From Planctomycetia bacterium (lineage in GTDB: Bacteria; Planctomycetota; Planctomycetia; Pirellulales; Thermoguttaceae): a DNA stretch of 64,000 nt. The DNA lies in contig JAUNBJ010000002.1 in the NCBI GenBank assembly GCA_030535245.1, forward strand, positions 2,418-66,417, read 5' to 3'. The position numbers and the translations under genes were made by a program. Below, piece after piece: positions 52,636 to 59,697 of the stretch (positions are counted from its first letter, which is position 1; each line of letters begins with the position of its first letter). The notes below the pieces were generated by a model. The model did not search any database, was not told the DNA's origin, and saw only the letters and a list, made by a program, of their open reading frames with translations.

Positions 52636-55260
52636 ATGGGAACTTATCAATGCAGTAAATGTGGTTATTGCCTTCAGCAGCCGACCGAACCGTTTCATTG
52701 TCCGCAGTGTGGCAGTCAGGGAATTGGACTGTTCCGTGCCATGCCGGACGGTGGGGGTTTTGGTGGGGCGCCGCAGGGGGGTGGTTATCGCCCGCAGCAG
52801 GGGGGATTTTCTCCGAACGGTGGTTATGGTGCCCCGCAGCAGGGGGGGGGATACTCGCCGAATCCGGGGGGATATACCACGAACCGGCCATGTTTTGGTG
52901 GGGCGCCGCAGGGGGGGGGAAACCCATCGCAGCAGCAGCCGTCGGGCGGTTTTGGGGGATATTCGCCGCAGCCGAACAACACCTTTAACGCACCGGGGCA
53001 AGGGGGGGGATACCGTCCGCAGCAGCCCGGTTTTGGGGGACAGCAGCCATCGACGGGGGGATATCGTCCGCAGCAGCCGTTTGGCGGCCCGCAGCAACCG
53101 TTTGGAGGGCAGCAGCCGTCGGGCGGTTTTGGGAGCGGTCAGGCGGGGTATCCGTCCAATGGTGGGGGGTATCGTCCGCAGCAGCCGTTTGGCACGCAAC
53201 CTGCCGGAGGTATGCCGGGTGGCTCAGTTCCGGGTGGCTCAGTTCCGGGGGGTTCGGTACCGGGCGGGGCGATCCGGGGTGGTTTTGGCGGGATGAACCC
53301 AGGCAATGCGGCCAATCGGATGCCGTTTGGGGGGCAACCGCAGCAGCCGCAGCAACCGTTTGGTTCTCAGCCGCAGCAGCCGTTTGGCGGGCAAGTGCAG
53401 GCTCCGTTTGGGGGGCAGCCACAACAGCCATTTGGCGGACAACCGCAGCAGCCACAGCAACCGTTTGGTTCCCAGCCGCAGCAGCCGTTTGGGGGGCAGC
53501 CGCAACAGCCGCAGCAACCGTTTGGGGGCCAGCCGCAGCAGCCGTCCGCATTTCCGTCGCAGCCGTTTGTGCCGCAGGCTCCGGTGCAGGAACCGATTCC
53601 GCAGGCACCGGTACAGGCCCCCATGCCGCAGGCGCCCGTACAGGCTCCAGTTTCGCAAACTCCCATGACGGAGCCGGTACCGCAGCCGGTTCCTCAGGTT
53701 CCGGTGCAGCCCTCCGTTCCTCAGACGCCACCACCGTCGCCGCAGCCGCCCACGCAGGCACCCATGCCGCAGCGTCCGGCACAGGCTCCGGTACAGCGAC
53801 CAGCGGCTCAGGCGCCCGTGCAGCGTCCAGCGCCGCAGGCTCCGGTGCAGCGACCGGCGGCACGTCCGGCACCGCGTCCGGCGCCGCAGCAGCAACGGCC
53901 CGCGCCGCCGCGACAGAATTTTCCCGCCCCGCCCAGCATGGAGGAAGCACCGGCGAAAAAGTCAAAGCCGGCGCCGAAACCGGGGATTCAGGTACGGGGC
54001 AAGCCGATTCCGAAGCAACCGGCGGGGCGTCCTGCGTCGGCCAACGATCCCAAGGCGCGTCCGCGTTATCGTGCTCCGGAACCCCGTCCGCAGGTTCGGC
54101 CGGATGTGGACCGTCCAGAGCGGTGTTTCTGGGGATTCCCGGAGGTTCCGCCATTTACCTGCGACGCGAAGCCGATGAAAAACGCTCCGGTGCTTGACGA
54201 CAAGGGGCGGTTGGTGCTGGTTTCGCAGGGGAGCCTGTACGCGATAGACATTACCACACCGGAGCCGGAGATTTGCTGGGAGTACATCATCAAGTCGCAC
54301 GTTCCGGGGCCGATTGTCGTGGATGCGGAGGGGGATTATCACCTTCACAGTGCGGACGGCTACCTGCATTGCGTTACGAAGCATGGCAAGCAGTCGTACA
54401 TGCCGGTACAGATTGGCGAACCGTTGGGGTATGCCGCGCCGGTTGTGGACGCATGGGGCAACACCATCGTCAGCGATTACAACGGCGGGTTGATTCGTGT
54501 GTCGAAGGAGGGGAAGAAGGATTCGCGTCCTTATTTCCGGTGCCGTGCGAAGCTGGATTCGTCGGGGGTGATTGCGGGCGAAACGCTCTACATCGGTTCG
54601 GAGGAAGGGTACCTGTTCGCCATTCAGCTTGGGGAAGTGGGGAAAAACCTCTGGGATCAGGGGGCCGAAGTGGGTTACGCGGGGGGCTTTTTGAACTCGT
54701 CGCCGGCGGTGACGAAAGACGGGATTATCGTCGTCGCCACGCGAACGGAGAAGTTGATGGGTTTCCTGCCCAGTGGGGAGGTGGCCTGGTCCACGCACAT
54801 GCCGGGGCAGCTTTTGGGTTCGCCGGTGATCGACGCGTACGGGCACATTTACGTGGGGGCCAGCTTGTCAACCCGTCAGGGGGGGCAGGGGTATCTGGTC
54901 AGCGTGGATGGGAATTCGCACAAAATCCGCTGGCAGTTTCAGGCCGAGGAGATGGTGGAGTGTACGCCGGTGGTGGGGGACGACGGCACGATTTACTTCG
55001 GGGACAACGCCGGCTGGGTGTATGCCGTTTCGCCGCGAGGGGACAAGAAATGGGGCGTCCGATTTGAGGCTCCGGTCCGTTCGGCGGGAACGATTGTGGC
55101 CCCGAACGTGCTGGCATTTGCGTTGGACGACGACGTGCTGGTGGGCATCCGTTGCGAATCGACCGACCTGGGGGGCGACTGGCCGAAGTTGGGGCGTGAC
55201 AATTACCACTCGTTTGTTGGGCCGACGCCTCCACCGGTGGTGATTGGTTCGGAAGAATAA
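52636..55260 (+). CDS. Cytosolic Zn-ribbon / FG- and PQ-rich disordered region / PQQ-like beta-propeller protein
   Basis: CSKC...CPQC at aa 6-25. aa 40-300 are G/P/Q-rich with about 17 FG dipeptides (QPFGGQPQQ units). aa about 305-495 are Pro-rich (PQAPVQ units). aa about 515-874 have PQQ/BamB-like repeats (GTIYFGDNAGWVYAVSPRGDKKW). No signal peptide or TM segment. Confidence 0.75.
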   Translation: MGTYQCSKCGYCLQQPTEPFHCPQCGSQGIGLFRAMPDGGGFGGAPQGGGYRPQQGGFSPNGGYGAPQQGGGYSPNPGGYTTNRPCFGGAPQGGGNPSQQQPSGGFGGYSPQPNNTFNAPGQGGGYRPQQPGFGGQQPSTGGYRPQQPFGGPQQPFGGQQPSGGFGSGQAGYPSNGGGYRPQQPFGTQPAGGMPGGSVPGGSVPGGSVPGGAIRGGFGGMNPGNAANRMPFGGQPQQPQQPFGSQPQQPFGGQVQAPFGGQPQQPFGGQPQQPQQPFGSQPQQPFGGQPQQPQQPFGGQPQQPSAFPSQPFVPQAPVQEPIPQAPVQAPMPQAPVQAPVSQTPMTEPVPQPVPQVPVQPSVPQTPPPSPQPPTQAPMPQRPAQAPVQRPAAQAPVQRPAPQAPVQRPAARPAPRPAPQQQRPAPPRQNFPAPPSMEEAPAKKSKPAPKPGIQVRGKPIPKQPAGRPASANDPKARPRYRAPEPRPQVRPDVDRPERCFWGFPEVPPFTCDAKPMKNAPVLDDKGRLVLVSQGSLYAIDITTPEPEICWEYIIKSHVPGPIVVDAEGDYHLHSADGYLHCVTKHGKQSYMPVQIGEPLGYAAPVVDAWGNTIVSDYNGGLIRVSKEGKKDSRPYFRCRAKLDSSGVIAGETLYIGSEEGYLFAIQLGEVGKNLWDQGAEVGYAGGFLNSSPAVTKDGIIVVATRTEKLMGFLPSGEVAWSTHMPGQLLGSPVIDAYGHIYVGASLSTRQGGQGYLVSVDGNSHKIRWQFQAEEMVECTPVVGDDGTIYFGDNAGWVYAVSPRGDKKWGVRFEAPVRSAGTIVAPNVLAFALDDDVLVGIRCESTDLGGDWPKLGRDNYHSFVGPTPPPVVIGSEE
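53323..53545 (+). repeat. In-frame tandem DNA repeats encoding (Q)PFGGQPQQ(PQQ) units
   Basis: Reiterated ccgtttggnnnncagccgcagcag units. Two about 57-nt segments (about 53335-53390 and about 53440-53496) are near identical. Confidence 0.7.
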
Positions 55261-55293
55261 CGTACGGCAGAATCCGGGAAACCGGGAGGAGGA

Positions 55294-56613
55294 ATGGCGA
55301 TGTTGAATCGACGGGATTTTTCGCGGGTGGTTGCGGCGATGGGCGCAGCGGCGGTTTTACCTTCGGGGGTTTCGGGGGAGGAGCCGGCGTCGCGTGGGAA
55401 GAAGTGGTATCGTGGCAACCTGCACATGCACACGTTCCGTTCCGACGGGGTGGCGTTTGCCGAGGAAGCGGCGGCGTTGTACAAGCGGCTGGGGTATCAT
55501 TTCGTCTGCCTGACCGATCACAATAGCGTTCATGAATCGGACGACCGTTGGGTGAAGCTTGGGCAGAAGAAATTAACGGAGGCGCACGTGGCCCGCTATC
55601 GGGAAACGTTCGATTTTCCGCTGGAGGAACGGGAGGAAAATGGGGAGAAGGCGTATCGCCTCAAGACGTTCGCGGAAATGGGGGCGTTACTCAACGAGCC
55701 GGATCGGTTCCTGTTGCTTTCGGGGATGGAGTATAGTGGCACGGTGAAGAACCGGCACGAGGTGCATACCAATTTCATCAACGTGCGTCAAAATCATCCG
55801 TGGGTGGCGAAGGAGACGACGGCGGAGAATATCGACTGGAGTTTGGAGCTGTACCGCAGCATGGCGAACGAGCAGACGATTTACACGATGAACCACCCCC
55901 TCTGGCGGTTTTACGACATCGACCCCATGGATTTGGTGAAGCGTCCGGAGATACGGTTTTTCGAGGTGGCGAATGTGGAGGCACGGCCGCTGTTCCATGC
56001 GCCAGTGGAGTTTTGGACGCACGATAAATTCTGGGACATTGTGAACGCATTTCGGGCGCGGCGGGGGGAACCGCTGTTGTACGGTACGGCGACGGACGAT
56101 ACGCATGGTTATAACATGTTCTATCGCAAGCCGGATTTTGTGGGATATGTGATGGTGCACGCGGCGGAGCTTTCGGAAGGGGGGCTGATTTCGGCGATGA
56201 AGGCGGGTGATTTTTACGCTTCGACCGGGTTGACGCTGAACACGATGGCATTCGATCGTGCTACGGGGACGCTTTCCGTCGAAGTGGCTCCAGAGCCGGG
56301 GTATGCTTATACGATTCAGTTTATCGGCACGAAGCGGGATTTCGACCCCACCGTTTTGCGGGAGGTGGAACATCAGGCGCAAGGGGTCATGCCGTCGTGG
56401 TGGAAGGGGGGGGAGCTGCCGAAGCGGAAACTGGCGGTCTATTCCGATTCTATTGGACAGGTGCTGGGCGAGGTGCGTGGCACGGTCGGGAGTTACACGC
56501 TCCGGCCCGACGACCTTTACGTCCGGGCGAAGATTTTTACGCAGAAAATTTCGTATAACGAGTGGGAACATCCTTCCAGTCCGATTGCCTGGACGCAGCC
56601 GTATTCCCGGTAG
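55294..56613 (+). CDS. TAT-signal PHP-domain (CehA/McbA-like) metallohydrolase
   Basis: GGGAGGAGG RBS. MAMLNRRDFSRVVAAMGAAAVL twin-Arg signal. GNLHMHTFRSDG PHP motif. Confidence 0.7.
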   Translation: MAMLNRRDFSRVVAAMGAAAVLPSGVSGEEPASRGKKWYRGNLHMHTFRSDGVAFAEEAAALYKRLGYHFVCLTDHNSVHESDDRWVKLGQKKLTEAHVARYRETFDFPLEEREENGEKAYRLKTFAEMGALLNEPDRFLLLSGMEYSGTVKNRHEVHTNFINVRQNHPWVAKETTAENIDWSLELYRSMANEQTIYTMNHPLWRFYDIDPMDLVKRPEIRFFEVANVEARPLFHAPVEFWTHDKFWDIVNAFRARRGEPLLYGTATDDTHGYNMFYRKPDFVGYVMVHAAELSEGGLISAMKAGDFYASTGLTLNTMAFDRATGTLSVEVAPEPGYAYTIQFIGTKRDFDPTVLREVEHQAQGVMPSWWKGGELPKRKLAVYSDSIGQVLGEVRGTVGSYTLRPDDLYVRAKIFTQKISYNEWEHPSSPIAWTQPYSR

Positions 56614-56619
56614 CGTTGG

Positions 56620-56660
56620 CCTGAAAATCGGAAAAATTTTTGGCTTTTCAGGAAATTTTT
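56620..56660 (+). terminator. Candidate intrinsic terminator after the PHP gene
   Basis: Perfect 8-bp stem cctgaaaa (56620-56627) / ttttcagg (56645-56652) with a 17-nt loop, followed by aaattttt. The loop is long, so confidence is modest. Confidence 0.4.
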
Positions 56661-56680
56661 GGAAAAATTTTGGAAAAAAA

Positions 56681-56710
56681 AGCCCACTGGCGGGATTTTT
56701 GGATTATACT
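56681..56710 (+). promoter_or_regulatory. Candidate promoter or operator: AGCCCACTGG, 14 nt, TATACT, preceded by phased GGAAAAATTTTT tracts
   Basis: The 10-mer AGCCCACTGG recurs at 59503-59512 in another upstream region. TATACT lies at 56705-56710, 65 nt before the ATG at 56775. Confidence 0.25.
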
Positions 56711-56854
56711 ATGTGTTGAAACAATGTTAAAATAATTGGAAACATTTCATATCCAGTGAGTTTTGGAGGAAAAGATGCTATTCAAGACATCCTTATCGTG
56801 CAAACATATTTCTCATCGAGCGGCACGAACAACCGAATCATTCGCCATAGATTG

Positions 56855-56863
56855 CCCCCCCCC
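56855..56863 (+). repeat. C9 homopolymer in the 5' region of the PEP-CTERM surface protein gene
   Basis: Counted directly (attg-ccccccccc-acg). It separates an SD-preceded ATG (56775) from the main reading frame by one nucleotide. Confidence 0.9.
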
Positions 56864-56913
56864 ACGCATCTTCACACAAGCGGGGCGTTGATTCCTGGTG
56901 CTTCGGGGGCTGT

Positions 56914-59430
56914 TTGGGCCTGATTCTGGCGATGGGTTGCGGGATGGCGGCGTATGGTGTCGAGATTGGGTCAGGCACGACGATTACCGTTACCAATACG
57001 GACTGGGCGACGAAACTTCCCGACACGATGAACTTTTCCGGCGGAACGCTGGTGATCAATCCCACATCAGATATTACCATTTCACGTAATGCGGTCTTTG
57101 CGGCCAACACGACCAGTACCATCACCTCAGGTGGCAGTGCCACGTCACTGTTAAGCGGGGCACTTTCCGGTTCGGGAACAATTACCAAAGGCGGTACCAC
57201 CCAGCAGTTGCATTTTTCGGGTAATAATTCCGCATTTACCGGAACGTTGAACGTCAGTTCCAATTGGGTCAATTTCCGAAATACCGGAGCGGCTCTTTCC
57301 TCTGGAACGGTTAACTTCAATGGTGGCACGGGATTTGTTCTGGTTCCTTCGGCCAATGGGGAGGTTTTCGCTTTCGGCATGATTACTTCCAGCACGGGAA
57401 CTCCAGAAGTCCGGGTTACTGGCGGAAACGCATACGCCGCAACGATTCGGGTCGGCGGAACCAACGCCAGTGGAACGTTTGCTGGTAAGATGCTCGATAA
57501 CTCCACCAATACGGCTCTTTCGGTCGAGAAGGTTGGCACGGGAACATGGACGCTCACGGGAACCAGTTCGTATACGGGAGCCACCACCATTTCCGCAGGA
57601 ACGCTTCAACTGGGCAATGGGACGGCTTCCGGGTTTTTGGGGGGCATGATGGCTGTAGACGGTGCATATACCGGGACAGCGACTGCGATTACCGTGGCAT
57701 CGGGGGCAACGCTTGCTTTTAACAATGTCGGTAACGCGACCAGAACGCATAACACGATTACATTCAACGGCGGTAATCTGTCGGTTACAGGGGCGCAAGT
57801 CAATCTGGGAGGAACGGTTGCGGGAACGGAACTGATCAAAATCGGTTCGGGAACGGCATTCTTCCAGGGGGGGACGACTTCTAATAACGCGACGGTTACG
57901 GTTGGCAAAATTGTCGTCAATGCGGGGGTACTCGCCAACAAAGCGGCACTGACCGCCACCACCACCGACATTACCGTCAACGATGGCGGTACGTTCCAGA
58001 TCGGTTCAGCAACTTATCCAAAAATAGGTTCCGTTCATGCGTCCACCAACATTACCGTCAATACGGGCGGCACGTTTGCCGTGTATGAGAATACGATAAC
58101 AAACGCGATTACGTTCGACGGTGGAAATATCACCTCGAACGATAAAAATGCGACGTTCAGTGGAGCGTTGGATGGCAGTGGACTTGTGAAAACCGGCACA
58201 GGTACGATTACGCTTACCCAGAATTATGCCGGAACCGTCAGTGTTTCTGCCGGGAAGCTGGTTTCCACGGCATCGGTTACGGGAAATATTACGGTAAATG
58301 GCAGTTCTTCCATCCTGCAACTTGGTCTTGGTTCTGAAGGCAGCTCGGGAAGTCTGGGAACGAACACCATTACGCTTTCCAACGGTGGAACGTTTGGTTT
58401 GAATCGTACCGATAGTAATAATTTCAACCTACAGAACAGTATCACGGTTAGCAACGGTGGAACCATTGCCAATTACGGTTCCAAAAACCTCGTTTTGCAG
58501 GGGACGGTTTCCGGGAACGATCTGACACTTTCCAATGAAGGTACGGGGAACCTGTTTTTGCAGAACTTGAGTAGCGAGTGGCCATCCGATTTCACGGGGC
58601 TGACCGGAACGTTGACGATTGCGAAGGGAACCGTAATCAACAAAAATCCCGCCGTCGGAAATGCCGCGAATCCGCTTTCCGTGGTCGTGAAGGATGGGGC
58701 GACGCTCCAGATGGGAAATATCTACAACAACAGCGTTTCCCAAATCCACGGTACGATTGAACTGGAATCGAGGGCCAATTTGATGCTGGGATATGCTCCA
58801 AGTGGGACGACGGCGACGTACGCGAACGACATTTCCGGTGCGGGAACCATCTCCGCAGCATACGGAACCACGGAATTGACCGGTGATAACAGTGCTTTCA
58901 CCGGAGCGGTTAACGTTGGCAGTAATTACACATTGATCGCAAGCGGAGACCAGACGCTCGGCAATTCTGCGGTGACGCTCCGAAGCAACGGCACGCTGGA
59001 AGTTGCGGGCGATCAGAACCTCAAGTCGCTGACACTGGGGGAAAATTCCGATTTAACGCTGGAATCGGGAACGGTTTCCGTTGCGGATAGCTTTGCGGCG
59101 GCAAGCGGTTCGGAGATTACGTTCCTCCTGTCCAATATGGATTCCGCAACCCTCGACCTGAACGGTACTGCCACGTTTAATGACGTTATGGTGTATCTGG
59201 ATACCGTAGAAACGCTTGACATTTGGAAATCGTATGATTTTCTACAGACGGCGATGGCGGAGGGGATTTCTTTTGCTTTGTCCACGAACCTGTTATCGCA
59301 GGGGATGGTGTTGCGATTTACGGAGACGGGATATGCGGTGCAGAATGCGGCGGCATTTCCGGAACCGGCGACCTGGACGTTGTTTTTGCTTATGGGGGTG
59401 TGGATGTGGCGAAAACGTCGAGGGGCTTGA
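56914..59430 (+). CDS. PEP-CTERM-anchored surface protein with autotransporter-associated beta-strand (PATR) repeats; 5' end probably frameshifted
   Basis: Repeats such as GTGTWTLTGTSSYTGATTISAGTLQLGNG. C-terminal FPEPATWTLFLLMGVWMWRKRRGA. The ORF-track start is a TTG without RBS or n-region. A better start (GGAGGAAAAG-ATG at 56775) is 1 nt out of frame. Confidence 0.8.
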   Translation: MGLILAMGCGMAAYGVEIGSGTTITVTNTDWATKLPDTMNFSGGTLVINPTSDITISRNAVFAANTTSTITSGGSATSLLSGALSGSGTITKGGTTQQLHFSGNNSAFTGTLNVSSNWVNFRNTGAALSSGTVNFNGGTGFVLVPSANGEVFAFGMITSSTGTPEVRVTGGNAYAATIRVGGTNASGTFAGKMLDNSTNTALSVEKVGTGTWTLTGTSSYTGATTISAGTLQLGNGTASGFLGGMMAVDGAYTGTATAITVASGATLAFNNVGNATRTHNTITFNGGNLSVTGAQVNLGGTVAGTELIKIGSGTAFFQGGTTSNNATVTVGKIVVNAGVLANKAALTATTTDITVNDGGTFQIGSATYPKIGSVHASTNITVNTGGTFAVYENTITNAITFDGGNITSNDKNATFSGALDGSGLVKTGTGTITLTQNYAGTVSVSAGKLVSTASVTGNITVNGSSSILQLGLGSEGSSGSLGTNTITLSNGGTFGLNRTDSNNFNLQNSITVSNGGTIANYGSKNLVLQGTVSGNDLTLSNEGTGNLFLQNLSSEWPSDFTGLTGTLTIAKGTVINKNPAVGNAANPLSVVVKDGATLQMGNIYNNSVSQIHGTIELESRANLMLGYAPSGTTATYANDISGAGTISAAYGTTELTGDNSAFTGAVNVGSNYTLIASGDQTLGNSAVTLRSNGTLEVAGDQNLKSLTLGENSDLTLESGTVSVADSFAAASGSEITFLLSNMDSATLDLNGTATFNDVMVYLDTVETLDIWKSYDFLQTAMAEGISFALSTNLLSQGMVLRFTETGYAVQNAAAFPEPATWTLFLLMGVWMWRKRRGA

Positions 59431-59502
59431 TCGGTTTACGAGCAGGAATCTTTATTGCGAAGAATTTTAAAAATTTTTCCTTTTTTTTACACAAAACAGG
59501 GA

Positions 59503-59538
59503 AGCCCACTGGTTAACAGAGCCGAAATCTGTTAATAT
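59503..59538 (+). promoter_or_regulatory. Candidate promoter or operator: AGCCCACTGG, 20 nt, TAATAT, preceded by an AATTTTAAAAATTTTT tract
   Basis: Second copy of the 10-mer AGCCCACTGG, upstream of the kinase gene. A -10-like TAATAT lies at 59533-59538. Confidence 0.25.
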
Positions 59539-59697
59539 AGAATGAGTAGGATATTATGGGTTGAAATTTTTGGGATACTTCTGCTTTCTTGTGTAAACCG
59601 AGAAATATTAAGAAGATAACAATACCGGGTTCCCTTTCGGTGCTTGAAAAAGCGACGTGAAAAAAGGGACATTAGCCGGAGAGTTTTTGGACAAGCC

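Noticed and set aside
52180-54154. Minus-strand and alternative-frame ORFs (52180-53199, 52985-54154, 53239-53895, 52661-53296, 53306-53668) across the G/P/Q-rich region. I also considered whether the periodic repeats could be a CRISPR array.
   Set aside because: The repeats are short, degenerate, in-frame codon repeats inside one long ORF. That ORF starts with a Zn ribbon and ends in a beta-propeller. There is no repeat-spacer structure with unique spacers, so the other frames are artefacts of repeat composition.
59459-59495. A/T-only near-palindrome (gaagaattttaaaaatttttcctttttttt) after the PEP-CTERM gene, considered as an intrinsic terminator.
   Set aside because: The stem would be entirely A:T and imperfect. 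It is more consistent with an UP-element-like tract of the downstream promoter region.
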